A stretch of DNA of 64,000 bases from the human T2T-CHM13v2.0 reference genome, Homo sapiens: assembly GCF_009914755.1 (NCBI RefSeq), contig NC_060947.1; one strand, written 5' to 3'. A program made the translations under genes and the position numbers. Positions within the stretch are counted from its first letter, which is position 1; each line of letters opens with the position of its first letter. Shown here one piece after another: positions 1-21,964 of the stretch. The notes under the pieces are model-generated. The model saw only the letters and a program-made list of their open reading frames with translations, made no database searches and was not told the DNA's origin.

Positions 1-1960
<1,960 letters not shown>

Positions 1961-2318
1961 TCTTCCAGATTGGCTTTATCTGGAATTGTGTTCTAGAATA
2001 GAAAGTTTAGAGCCTCTATGGGCTGGCAGGTATAATTAGTAGCTTCCTCTGGTTCGTGTAAAGATTTATTCCAAAGTTGAATTCTGATCATGTGAACCCG
2101 ACTGGCTATTCCTTGCAGCTCGACAGCCACTGGGGTGGTGAGTAGTACTTGCTAAGGTCCCTTCCATTTAGGAAGAAGTGGATCTGCCAGGTGGCCTTCC
2201 TTCCAAGTTTTTAATAGGACCCTGTCTCCAGGTAGGATTTGGGGAATGTTTTTCACTTGTCCAGGTGAGGGCAGCACTGCATTGCCATACTCCTGGATAG
2301 CTTGCTGTACCCAGGTTA

Positions 2319-2605
2319 GTTTTTTGTTTTGTTTGTTTGTTTGTTTTTGACATCAGACTATTTCTCTGTCACCCAGGCTGGAGTCTAGTGATGCAGGCTC
2401 GGCTCACTACAACCTCCGTGATTTTCCTGCCTCGGCCACCTGAGTAGCTGGGACTATAGGATGGCCACCATACCCGGCTCGTTTTTGTATTTTGGGGGTT
2501 TCACTATATTGCCCTGTCTGGTCTTCAACTCCTGACCTCAAGTGATCCACCTGCCTCAGTCTCCCAAAGTGATGAAAGTACAGATGTGGATCACCGCAAC
2601 TGGCC
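2319..2605 (-). mobile_element. Degenerate Alu (J-like)
   Basis: Reverse Alu motifs (tcacccaggctggagt, tagctgggacta, ctcaagtgatcc). Confidence 0.8.
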
Positions 2606-3491
2606 CCTGGCTTAGATTTCGATTATATTGTATAGTAGACAGGGTTTCTAGTTTGATTAACAGGTCTAAGGTAAGGAAGGGTCTCCCAGAAGTCATCTCA
2701 AACGGACTAAGTTTTGTCTTTTCTTTGGGTGCCACTCGTATTCTCATGAGGGCTATAGGCAACAGAGTGTACCAAGACTCAGAAGTTTCCTGGCACAGTT
2801 TTGCCAGTGTCTGCCTTAAAGTTTGATTAGTCCTATTAACCTTGCTGGAGGATTGTGGCTTCCATGAGGAGTGGAGATGAAATTTAATTTCCAAAGCTTG
2901 GGCTATCTATTGGGTTACAGTTGCAAGAAAACAGGGGCCTTTGTCGCTCTGCAAGGAGCAGGGGAGGCCAAATCTGGTATGACCTCTCTTGGCAGTGCCT
3001 TGGCCACTTCTGTAGCTTTCTCTGTTCTGGTGGGGAAAGCTTCTACCCATTCAATAAAGGTGTCTACAAAAACTAAAAGGTATTTAAAAACCCAAAAGGA
3101 GGGCATTTGGGTGCAGTGAATTTGCAATTCCTCACCAGGATAGGTTCGTTACCGCTGGACTGAGGTTAATAAAGGAGGAGACCCTTGTTTTTTGTTTGTT
3201 TGTTTTGTTTGCCCCCAAGGTAACTTTGAGAGCAAAGTTCACAAGCCCGAGTGACCTTTTTTATTGTGGTTGCCAGGCCTTTACCTGTAAAAACATGGTT
3301 CATCCAGGCGGGTCATAGCGTCCTGCCATATGGAGGGAATTATGTAAACTTTTAACAATTTGCCACGGTGGGACTGAAGAAGCAATAGCTTTTGGCGTAT
3401 GAGTCACCAACCCTCAGGTGTTACGGTCTTCGATTTTCTTAACCCATGCTCTTTCTTCTATAGTATAGGATGGATTTATATCAAGAGAATG

Positions 3492-3853
<362 letters not shown>

Positions 3854-4525
3854 CTATCTTGCCTGCCAGCCTTTGCATTGTCCAATGAGACTGAGGAGTT
3901 TCCTTTTTGATGTCTCTCACAGTGAATGACCGCCACTTGCTTAGGATCATTCACAGACCCTAAAAGCTGCAGTATTTCTTTACTATGTTCAATGGGGGAA
4001 TTCCTTGCATTTAGAAGACCCCGTCCTTTACAGATAGCAACATGTGCATGAAGGACAAAGCAGGCATCCTTGGAGTCAATATATATGTTTAGTATCTTTC
4101 CCTGACCTACAGCCAGGGCCCTAGCGAGGAGAATTAGCTCTGCTTTTTGTGCTGAGGCATTAGGTGGCAGTGCCTGGGCGTCTATTGTTTGCTGTAGACT
4201 ATCCACATTATATCCTGCCCTTCTTTTTCCATTTTCCGTAAAAATACTTCCATCAGTGAACCACTCAGCATCAATGTGATTAGATATCGACACATTTGTA
4301 TGTGAAATAATTTACCTCACAAAAGATAACAGGAAATTATTGAAAGTCCAAATGTTTTAATATTTCTAAATTTAGGTGAACTTACAGGTGTTTATAATGA
4401 TGCTATGGTTAACAACAGAGCAATGGTCATGTGTCTGACTGGTCTTAAAAATTCAGAACAAATACTTAATGCTTCTGGGAAATCAAATCTTTTGAAAACC
4501 AAACAAGCAAACTGTGTATTCCCAA

Positions 4526-4688
4526 TTTTTTAAATTTTACTTTATGTTCTGGGATACATGTGCAGAATGCGCAGGTTTGTTACATAGGTATACATGTGCC
4601 ATGGTGGTTTGCTGTACCTATCAACCTGTCATCTAGGTTTTAAGCCCCGCATGCATTAGGTATTTGTCCTAATGCTCTCCCTCCCCTC
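4526..4688 (-). mobile_element. L1PA (PA7/8-like) 3' end fragment
   Basis: gttctgggatacatgtgcagaa...taggttttaagccccgcatgcattagg is the reverse of an L1PA 3' UTR end. Confidence 0.8.
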
Positions 4689-4952
4689 GGAGCATCTATG
4701 GCAGGTGTATACAAGCGTACATACCTGCCAGAATTTAATCAAAAATCATTATGCCAAACATGAGACTCATTGGGTTCATTTTTTTGTGTGAATTCAATGA
4801 GTATATGGAAGTTCTTATATCTGTTCAAAATAATACATCAAAATATATCTGGAAAATTATATATTTATATAGAGACATACTGGGCTTCAAGATAACATGC
4901 AATGAAGAAACTAAAAACTAATTAAAGATGGTTATCAAATATTAAAAGACAT

Positions 4953-5308
<356 letters not shown>

Positions 5309-5403
5309 TTACAAATATGTGTGCAACATTTTGGTTTAATAATATTTTCAACCAAGTAGAAAAATTTAATAAAGCTCTACAATTAAAAAAAAAAGCATAT
5401 CTA

Positions 5404-5647
5404 GGCCAGGTGTGGTGCTGAGGTGGGTGGATCGAGAACAGCCTGGCCAATATGGTGAAACCCTGTCTCTACAAAACAAAATAAAAATTAGCCAAGTGTG
5501 TTGGCATACACCTGTCATCCCACCAGCTACTACAGAGGCTGATGGGGAAGGATCACTTGAGCTCAAGAGGTCGATACTGCAGTGAGCCGTGATTGTGCCA
5601 CTGCACTCCATCTTGGGCAACAGAGCGCAACCCTGTCTCAAGAAAAA
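5404..5647 (+). mobile_element. AluJ with deleted left arm segments
   Basis: Alu motifs with shortened left monomer. Confidence 0.75.
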
Positions 5648-5706
5648 CACACATAACTATACATACAAAAAAGCAAAACTACCTTTGCTTACAGAAAGTG
5701 GAAGAA

Positions 5707-5798
5707 AGTGTGTGTGTATATATATATATATGTATATTATATATGTGTATATATATATATACACACACGTGTGTGTATATGTATGTGTGTATATATAG
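5707..5798. repeat. (TG)/(TA) compound microsatellite
   Basis: Direct reading of the sequence. Confidence 0.85.
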
Positions 5799-6434
5799 TA
5801 AATAAAAAAATAAATTAAAAAATAATATTATAAGGTTTGTGCACCTACTTTCCAATTTTTCAATACATTTGCAACAACTTTAATGTTCTGGAAACACTAA
5901 TTGTTTAAAAATTTATGAAAATATGTTTATCGAGGTGCACATTTCCCCCGTGCCTTGGGCTCCAGTGTGACTGCACAGCACTAAGTAAGGGCAGGGGATT
6001 AGGGCTCTCCACATCCAGGCATTGTGAGTGACTCTTCCCAGAATATAAAAAGGAGAGAAGTGGAAGAAGGTAGGGGTGGCTCTGAAAGCAGAGGTTTTTC
6101 AGCACCATCTCAGCTGACATCTCACTGTCAACAACTGGGTCAGAGGACCACCCTTACTGAAACAGAGTCCAAGACGGAAAATATTTTTTTAAAAGGGCTG
6201 CCCAAAACAAAATCAGGGTTACAATAGAGAGGAAGAAAGGGGAATGGATAGCAGGTAGTCAGGTAGCAATGCCTGCCCACAAATGAGACACTGAACCATG
6301 ACACAGATAGACTGTCTGCAAGTGGAAGTGCTATGATGAAAACAAGGGGCAGAAATTACTGAGGGTCTTACTTTAGATTAGATGACAGAAAGGTCTCTCC
6401 GAGACAGTGGTATTTAAGGAGAGATGGAAAAGAT

Positions 6435-6590
6435 GACCAGGAGCAGTGGCTCACATCTGTAATCCCAACACTTCAGGAGGCTGAGACAAGAGGACTACTT
6501 GAGACCAGGAGTTCAAGACCAGCCTAGGCAAAATAGAGACTCCATCTCCACACAAAAAAATAATAATTAAAAATAACATAAAATAAAGAA
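6435..6590 (+). mobile_element. FLAM / Alu left monomer within an L2 remnant
   Basis: Single left-arm Alu followed by A-rich tail. Confidence 0.75.
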
Positions 6591-8759
6591 AAATAACAAA
6601 ATGGGAAACAGTTATTTGGGCAGAGGAAAGAGCAACTATAAAGGCTCAGTAATAGACACATGCCTGTCATGTTTGAGGAACAACAAAGAGGCTGGAGTCA
6701 CTTCAGCACAGAGATGGATGGGACAGGGACAGGTGGGTGGCACCAAGTGTGGTTGGGAATATGAAGCAGGGGCCTCATGAGGCAAAGCTCTTCCAACTGC
6801 CCCTTCTGTGATTGCATCATCAGTCTTTCTTGGACGAAAAGTTTAAGAATATGATTTGGGTTTTTGTTTTTGTTTTTTGGCCTCCATCCACAATATCCTC
6901 CCTGCCCATCGTGGAGTTGGGGCTGGCCAAGGCAGAAGCCCATTATTCCTCCAGTTCCTTCAGCAGCCACAGCCTGGGATTGGTCTTGCTGCCAACCTCC
7001 TAGCTGATGCACAGGGGATGAGCCCTCAGCCTGTGTTCACAGAATTCCTTAAAGCCCTTTTACCTAGACATGGTCCAGCTTTGTGGGACTGCACTTCTGC
7101 TCAGTTTCCTTGAAAAACACTCCTGGACCCTGTAAAACCTGGAGTCTACAGAACCTTCCATGTATTTTTCCAAATTCCACAATTTACAAAACCTTGCACA
7201 TATTTTTCCATAGGAGGCCCAAACCTCCTCTTTGTATCTCCTTTTCTTCCCTGTTTCTTAAAGAGATTGCCCAAGGGGCACCAACTGGATTGGACTCTTC
7301 TAGTAAGCCTCCTTCTTGGACTCTAGGCTCTCCCCTTGGAAACTGCAATATTGAGGCTCTAGGACCTGCTAGCAAGCTCTGGCCTTGTAGATGACAGATT
7401 CCGGTGTCCCAGGAGCACCAGTCCATCCTAAGTCCTTCCTTCCCAGTTCAGAGAAAACCCACAGTGGCTAAGCTGAGTTCTGATGCAGGCACTACCTCTT
7501 TGGGTTCAAACACAGGTCTGTACACCCCACTGCTGGCTGCATAGCAGACACTAGGAAAAGGCAAATATCTATATTCCCTTTTTTACATTTCCTTGGGAAT
7601 CACTTTTACTAATCTCCCTCACAAGACTTGCAGAGCACTTGGAACTTTCTCAAATGGAAAGATCTCTGTATACATAATTTGATGATCTGTAACAACTTAT
7701 TCAGAAACTTCTTCATTCTGGTTCTGAGACTAATGCATTACATACATTGGATATCACACTTGTGAAAGTCAGGTTTAAGCAGAATATCAAGTATATTCAT
7801 GGACCCCCCTACACATCTGTGAGCAAAACCTTGTGGAAACCATGCTTTTCCACCATCAGAGAAGACCTACTTTAAAGCAGAAGCTCTTTTGGGAATCATC
7901 AGGTTGTGTTTGGCATGGCAGCAGGGGCAGGGACATTAGAACACAAGTTATTGTCATTCCCCCCTCACCAAGGCCCCTAAAAGCATTGGCTGGCTCCGTT
8001 GGGCCCGTCTGGTTGTCCTCAACTGTCAAGATTTGGATTTGCCATTTACTGACAGTGGGACTTGGGTCGTCCCCTCATCTTCTGTGGCCTGAACTTCCTC
8101 ACCAGTAAAATGGGGTGAGCAATTTCTACTCCCTGGAATCCTCAGCAGGAGTGAAAGAGATGTAACATTCCAAGTGTCTGTACCATGCCAGGGCATAGTC
8201 AGAAAATTTGTGGGCTAACGATGAGGGCAAAGATGAATGATACTGGCTGGGCTCATCAGTGCTGCGTGACACCTACAGGGAGACGGACTCTGGTGACCCC
8301 TAACCCCCAGGAGAAACTGGAAAGGTACAGAGATGTCCGCCATGGAGCACAGCCTGTGGACAGGGAAACATGCACTTTGGAGGCAGGAAGGCAGCCCGAT
8401 TTAAGATGCTCTGCATGAGCTTTAAGCAGAATCTCCACTGTCTAGTGTGAATTGATTTTCTGAGTATCTCCCCCAGAAAAGAGACTGTTGTTCTAGGTGC
8501 AGGTTTTCAAAAGAAAGGACGTCCCTTTTTATACAAGCTCCATGTTGCGGGAATATCAAGCGTCTGCCAAGGGACACTTAGCCTTGTATTACGGGCTCTT
8601 GAAACTGATACAGAGTTGCATCATATTTTAAGATGAAAGGGGTTTTTGCCATGGGCTTCTCCACTTGGCAAGGCAAAATCTTCGCACATTTTAGTTTGGG
8701 GATCTCAGTTTACTAAGGAATTTAGTCGCCCTTTTGTGTAGTACAGTCACATTGCAGTA

Positions 8760-8990
8760 GAGTTCTTAGAGCATTGGCAGTGGAGTTAGAAACACCTGGG
8801 TTTAAATCTGGGCTTAGCTACCAGCTAGTTGTCTGTCCTTGGGCAAGTGACTTAATCTCTCAAGGCTCAGTCTCCTCAGGTGTTATTTAGAAACCATAGC
8901 TCCTATCTCAAAAGGTTGTGTGGGGATTGAAGGTGAGCATGAACGTAAGAAGTCATAGGCAATGCCCAGCATGTTTTCATTGCTCATGCG
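8760..8990. mobile_element. MIR
   Basis: MIR core ccttgggcaagtgacttaatctctc...ctcagtctcctca. Confidence 0.7.
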
Positions 8991-9859
8991 ATGTCCTTCC
9001 TGGGTTGGTACGGCATACAGGAAGCGGACATGGCCAAGTACCTAGTAGATGTTGCAGCTCTGGGGCAGAGCAAAGTTCAAGGTGGGTCATTTGCTGATTT
9101 TCAGTGACCTGTTCTGGGGTACACAGAGTGAAGACTAGCCCGGAAGGCCAGCAATAAGCTGAGTGAGGGTAATTGGGCCCTGACAGGAGACAGCTTCCTA
9201 GGAGTACTCAGAGCTGACAGGCTGAGGCAGAGGCAGAAGCAGAAGATGGGAGCTAAGCCCTCACTCTCCTGAGAGGCCCATGTAAGAGACGACAAGTGAG
9301 TAGAGAAAGTTCTGGAGTCAGGGTCATGTGATGAGTAGAACACAATGGGAGGCTGTGGGTCAGGAGGAGTCTAAAGCTGGAGAGTATGATGAGGCTGCAC
9401 TGGATGAGTGGAAAGTGCTTTGGGTTCAAGACAGAGCTGGAGATGAGGTGCTGCTACAGGTATGCACTTATGTGCCTATGACCTGGCACTAGTTACTTAA
9501 CCTCTCTGTGTTTCCATATCCTCTTCTGTAAACAGAGGATGATAACAGCAGCTATTCCCTAGGATTACTGCGAACAGTAAAAGAATTAATTCATTTATTC
9601 AACATTGACTAAAAACCCTCTAAGTGCCAGGCACTAATATCGGCATGAAAAAAACAGTGAACTAAACTGTTCTCGTGGATCTTACATTCCAGTGGAGGGC
9701 AAATGCACTAAACAACCAGAGCAACTACAGAACATGTTATTCACCAAAAGCAGAAATCAGGTGAAGAGATGGTACAAGAGTGGATGGTACTTTGAACTTG
9801 GTAGTCAAGGAAGGCCTCTCTGAGAAAGAGACATCTAACCTGAGACAGGAGTAAAGGAC

Positions 9860-10178
9860 CTTATGCATTTAGTTCAGCCCTGAAAGGCTCAGCTTCTGCA
9901 GAGTCCCCTCTCCTCCAAGGTCAGAGAAAAAGGAGGGACACGGATTTTAGTAAGTCTTCCTAAGGCTTTCCAGCTCATGTCTTTGGGTGCAGTCTGCATG
10001 TAATCTTTTCTTCTGCATGTCTGCCCTGCTCCAGCACCGGAGGAGGAGACAGCAATCTTACAGAGACTGCTTAATGAGCTCCTACCATTGCAGAAGGCCC
10101 TTTCATTATGAAAAATCTGTACACACAGATATTATCGCCTATTGGTTCTGCTTTCCTGGTTGAAGTTTGATTGATATA
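9860..10178 (+). mobile_element. MLT2-type ERVL LTR remnant (5' LTR)
   Basis: Ends with cctattggttctgctttcctgg...gatata immediately before the ERVL internal start gattttggta. The left boundary is uncertain. Confidence 0.5.
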
Positions 10179-10479
10179 GATTTTGGTATTAAGTGTGATT
10201 TCAGAAGAACAGAATTTTAAGAAGAAATTCTCTGAAATTGTTCTGGGTTTCTGGAGTTCTCTCTTTTATCTAATTTGATTTAAAGGCCTTCGTGACCCTG
10301 TTTCTAATGGTAAAAGAGCACTGGTAGTCTACAGCAAGAAGTGGCAAGGGATTTTCTTAAATTATCACTTTTAGTTATTTGCACTCAAGCACCTGTAAGA
10401 ATGCCAGGGTCTAGGTGATCAAGTAGGTGATTTCCGTAAACAAGTATCCCAGAACGTAAAATAAAATAAAAATTTTAAA

Positions 10480-11229
10480 ACTACAAAAAAAGCCTAGTAT
10501 GGTGGCGCAGGCCTATAGTCCCAGCTACTCTGGGGGCTGAGGTGGGAAGGTCGCTTGGGCTTAGTGTAGGGTCCAGCCCTACTGGGCCTGTGGGTTTTTC
10601 TCCTCGTTTGCGGAGACGAGAGATCGTAGAAACAAAGACACAAGACAAAGAAAAGACAGCTAGGCCCGGGGGACCACTACCACCTAGACGCGGAGACCAG
10701 CAGTGGCCCCGAATACCTGGCTGCGCTGTTATTTATTGGATACAAGGTTAGGGAGCAGGGTAAGGCCCAGGCACTGGGTTACCGCTAGACCAGGGAGCCC
10801 TCTAGTGGCCCTATCCAGGCATAACAGAGGGCTCACACTCTTGTCTTCTGGTCACTTCTCACCGTGTCCCTTCAGCTCCTATCTCTGTATGGCCTGGTTT
10901 TTCCTAGGTTATCATTGTAGAACAAAGATTATTATAATATTGTAATAAAGAGTAATGCTACAAACTAATGATTAGTAATATTCATATATAATCATATCTA
11001 TAATCTATTTCTAGAATATTCTTATTGTATATATTTCCTTTATTGTACTGAAACAGCTTGTGCCTTTGGTCTCTTGCCTCGGCACCTGGGTGGCTTGCCG
11101 CCCACAGCTCAAGAGGCGGAGGTTGCAGTGGGCCGGGATCATGCCACTGCACTCCAGCCTGGGCAACAGAGAGACACCTTTTCTCAAAATTTAAATAAAT
11201 GGATAAGTAAATAAAGTAGAAAAAAAAAC
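10480..11229 (+). mobile_element. Alu right-arm element split by LTR13
   Basis: tagtatggtggcgcaggcctatagtcccagctactc...gcttggg stops at 10564 and resumes with gaggcggaggttgcagtg after 11106. Confidence 0.8.
10565..11106 (-). mobile_element. LTR13-type (HERV-K13/HML-4) solo LTR with internal deletion
   Basis: Reverse complement starts TGTGGGCGGCAAGCCACCCAGGTGCCGAGGCAAGAGACC and ends GGACCCTACA (TG...CA). Imperfect 6-bp TSD gcttag/gctcaa. Confidence 0.85.
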
Positions 11230-12883
11230 AATGTAGTGAAAATGAGGAGTATAATGGAGATGACTGGTTGCCTCTAAATGTGCTGGAGAACATAGGAAAA
11301 GAAAATTATGACCTCAGGTCCTTAAAGCCTTATCCATACCAAGATCCACATAAAGAGCTAGAAAGCATCCATGAAAGAACCCATTATCTCCCGTAGCCAC
11401 ATACCTGATATTTGGGAAAACCATATCCAAAGGTGAATCTTGCAGTTGGCTGAATTACAACACGAATGCAATTCCTAATCTCTCAAGGTCTCTTCTGTTC
11501 ATGTAGAGCACTGACTGGGAATGAATGGGATCCTGAACATTTTAATGTGATATATATGCAGACTTTGATGAAGCTGGGTACCTTGAACCCCTAAATTCTG
11601 TGAGATATGTCTTTCAGACACCTAAAAAAAGGTGTAAAAAAGTAAAAAAAAGCACCTTCACTCCCGCCCAAGGAGTTTATTTCTCCTCTGCCTGAAGAAC
11701 CTGCAATAGTCTGGTCTGAGGTAGTGGCCTTGCAGGACACTGTTGATCCTCCTGAGAAACTGCACCCACCACCTTTACTTCATTTAAAACCCTGTAAGAC
11801 TCAAGTTTCCACCAGCCCCAAACTAGAGGGTACATAATGTGACCCATTAGTAGGGGTAGAATGTACTATAACAACTACTGATATTTTTTTCCAACGCTAA
11901 TAGGCAGAAACCTAGGGACTTTGTGTGGAAATGTTTCTTGAGGGTGGGGTATGAAGGTAGAGAAAAAATAAATTTGATACACACCAGATTTATCAATATA
12001 GAGTCATTAAGCCAAGGTTCTGGATTCAGTGTTTTTCTTTGAGAGGGTAAGGATGGCTCTAGCAGTTTGCTTGGTTGGTTGACTAAAATAAGGAAGCAAA
12101 TGTTGACTATCCTTAATTAAGGAGAAATTCAAGGACTTCCTTGATATAGTCCAAAGGCTTAAGGACACTGGAATGTTGGAGTGAATTTATCATGGAAGAA
12201 CTGCTCAGCCATGCTGGTAGGTCCAGAGGACGTGACTTTCACCAAGGCTGCAAGAAATTACTTTGTATGCGGAGCCCAGAAATCTGTGAGGAGTTTGTGG
12301 TGGCTGTCTTCTTTAGTCATACATTACTGCAGGCTTGCCCTTGAGGAAAGATCATGCTGCACTGCCTAATAACTATGCTGTTAATCGTTGTCCCGACCTT
12401 CCTCAACAGATCTGCGCCCAATTCTTACTGTGGCAGTGCATGGTGGAAAAGTAATCAGAATTCTCAGGGATTACTTGATAAAGGCTTTGAACTGGTACTA
12501 ATTCCAGGATACCTAAAATGTCCCTATGCTACTCTAATAAGAGTTGTTTCTGTTAATCATGTGGTTTTTCATCAGGAAATTCATGTGGTTTTACATCAGG
12601 TCCAATGTACAGTGGACTAAGTTGGTCCATGAATCCACCTTCTGGTTGTTTCCCAGTTTCAGAATGCATAGTTGGGGACGTACACGGTAACTGGCAGAAT
12701 CCCCACATTGGTTCCCTGACCTGTGGAGTGAGGGATGCTATGGATGGAGAGGCCAAGCTGAAGCCACTAGAACTGCCCTAATTATAAAAATCATAATCCA
12801 CAAGCAATACTACTTTCCTGGAGGGACTGCAGTAACTGGTGGTAACACCAAGCATTTGAAGGACATAGGCTAGTGATTCTTCA

Positions 12884-13225
<342 letters not shown>

Positions 13226-13876
13226 TCAATTAGGTGAATGTTTTTTTCTCTTTCAGTCATTATCACAAACAAGTTTGGGTTCGGCTGGAAAGGTCAGCAA
13301 TGTACTATGACCTCCTATTTCAAGCTTATATCAACTCTCTAGGCTTACATCCTAAATGAGTCCTTAAGGGTCCTTGACCACCGTTCCCTTATACCAGATG
13401 TGACAGCATCCTTGCACTGATAACACTATGCTGACTGAGCGGGAGGTAGCAACTAATCCAGTCGCATTAGCAACACACTTGCAAGACATTCTGTGATAAA
13501 TAATTCCCACACAAAATCAGGGGCCTTCTAACTGAGTGAAACGTTTAACAATCTAGTAGTCTGGCATGTCAAGATGGTGCTTATAAGGTGAACAGCAAGT
13601 TCCTACATCTTGCCTTTCTTACCACTAAATAAGGAACGCAAAAACGAATTGTGTAATAGATGCTTGTTTTCGCGTATACCTCAATGTTGTGCAGTACCAT
13701 CACCCATTGCCAAGTGACTGAAACCCTGCTAGCATGGATTGGGGCCCAGAAAAGGAGAAACTTCTCTGATCCTGCACGTGTGGTCTCGTGTGGAGTTCCC
13801 TGTGACCAGTTGACTAGAAAATAAAAAATATCATGCCTGATTTTCATTTGTTACTTCAGAATATTCAGGCACAACA

Positions 13877-14230
13877 TGTATTAGTTTGTTAATGCTACAA
13901 AACAAATTATCCCCAATTTAGCAGCTTAAAACAACACAAATATATAAGCAGTTCTGTAGATCAGAAATCTATGCAGCCTGGATTGGTTTCTCTGCTTAGG
14001 ATCTCACAAAATCAAAGTTAAGGTATCAACCAGGCTGCTGACTAACTGAGGACTCAGAGAGAACCTGTTTTCAAGCTCATTTGGGTTACGGGCAGGTCTA
14101 ACTTCTTAAAGTTGTGGAACTGAGGTAGCCATATACTTGCAGTCTTGGCTGAGGCCACTCTAAGCTACTTGAGCCACCTCCATACCTCCTTGGATGCACC
14201 CCTCTATCTTCTAAGCAGTAATGGTGCATC
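13877..14230 (-). mobile_element. MLT1 (MaLR) LTR fragment inside ERVL
   Basis: tgtattagtttg...acaaattatccccaatttagcagcttaaaacaaca is a typical MLT1 terminus. Confidence 0.7.
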
Positions 14231-14585
14231 ATGATTATGGTGGCTGACATAAAGATTATTCATGGGTTTGGCAAGATGAACTTTCATTTACCAGGTCCAT
14301 CTCACTACAGCCACTGCTCACTATTCAATCTGCCAGCAGCAGAGACCAACACTGAGTCCCCAGTGTAGCACCATGTCCCAGAGTGGTCAGTCAGCTTCCA
14401 GGTAGCACTGTGATTACTTGGGTCTGCTTCCATGATTGAAGGGGTATCACTTTGACCTTGCTCAAATGGACACTTATTCTGCATATGGATTTTCATTCCC
14501 ACCCACAGTACGTCAAGAAAACCAATACTGTGGTATTAGGAAAGGCTGTATCCACCATCGTGGTATCCCACACTGCACCAGTTTT

Positions 14586-20596
<6,011 letters not shown>

Positions 20597-21483
20597 CCCA
20601 CACTGCACCAGTTTTAACCATGAAACTCACTTTACAGGAAATGAAGTATGAGAATGGGCTCATGCTAATGGATTTCACTAGTCTTCTGATGTTCTTCAAC
20701 ATCATGAAGTGACTGGCTCAATAGAACAGTGGAGTGATCTTTAAAGCCTGAGTTGTAGTTCTAGCTTTTTGGCAGTGCCTTGAGGGACTTGGCTGACAAT
20801 CTCAGAGGTGGCAATGCTGTATCCCAGCTTCAAGTATATGGAACTATTTCTCCCATAGCCACATCTATGTCTTCAAGAATGAAAGAGGCAAGATGCGGGC
20901 CTCCTCTCACTATTACTCCTGGGTGTCTAGCAGCAAAATTTTTCTTCTTATGCTCAAGAAGCAAACTTTGCTCTCAAGAAGCCAACTTTTGGCTTTGCTG
21001 GACTAGAGGTCTTAGTTACAAATTGAGAAATTTTTTCAACAGGGGAACCAAAAATGATTCCATTGAAATGAAAATTGTGTCTGCCAGCTGACCACTTTGA
21101 ACTCTTCATTCCTCTCAACCAAGAGACAAAGTAGGGGGTCCGCTACTGACTTGGGTGATGGAAACTGAAAAAAAAAGGAGATCAGGTTCCTACTACACCA
21201 GGGGCTAAGGAAGAGTATGTCTAATATGTCTAGAGAGCTTCTTAGTCCTCTGGTGTTTTGCAATTAGAGTTAATGGAAAATCACAGCAACCCCTTCCAGG
21301 CAGGACATCTAATGGTTCAGACTCTTCCATAATGAAGGTTTGAGTCATCCTGCCAGGCCAAGCATCATGACCAACTGACATGCTATCTTAGGGCAAAGGG
21401 AATGCAAAATGGGTAGTGAAAAAAGGCAGTTATAAATACCAGCTACAACAATGTAAGCTGCTGCAGAAACCACGACTGCAATA
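20597..21483 (+). mobile_element. ERVL internal region, 3' part (integrase end and dUTPase-like segment)
   Basis: Continues the ERVL reading across the L1 TSD. 20990-21290 resembles HERV-L dUTPase (ctagaggtcttagtt...atgattccattgaa...ccactttg). Confidence 0.75.
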
Positions 21484-21724
21484 CTATTTACCTAATGGGT
21501 TAATAATATCTACCAGCACAGGTGGGAATACAAAACAACCAAAAAACAAGTTATTCTTTCAAATGAAATGCTTAGGGAAAAAGAACATCTTTTACTAACA
21601 GAAATTTCTTAGCTTCTGGAAGGCCATTTGATTCAGTAACATATGCCAGGAGACTTCAGCAATATCCCGCTCCATTGCAGAAAACAGCAATCTGATCCTT
21701 TTCTCTCTTGAATCATTAATGAGA

Positions 21725-21824
21725 TTATGCATTTGGGGTGTGATAATCCTCCATGGACAAGTACTCCCAAATCATATGTTCCAGTTTCTTCTCAAGGAGC
21801 TGAACAAAGTCTCGGCTCATATAT
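21725..21824 (-). pseudogene. CT45-like last coding exon
   Basis: ttttcag| YMSRDFVQLLEKKLEHMIWEYLSMEDYHTPNA*. Confidence 0.85.
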
Positions 21825-21964
21825 CTGAAAAGAAAGAGACATGTCATTAACCAAAAGATAGCCCAAGAACCTATGCTGTAGGAAGCACCGTGAAGGACAG
21901 AAAGATGAAGAAACAATCAGCATGGAAATAGAAATTCATCTGCATGGTAAGAGGTACTCTAGCC

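Noticed and set aside
6698-7430. Cluster of short overlapping ORFs in apparently unique sequence
   Set aside because: No recognisable protein similarity, splice structure or poly(A)/TSD signature.
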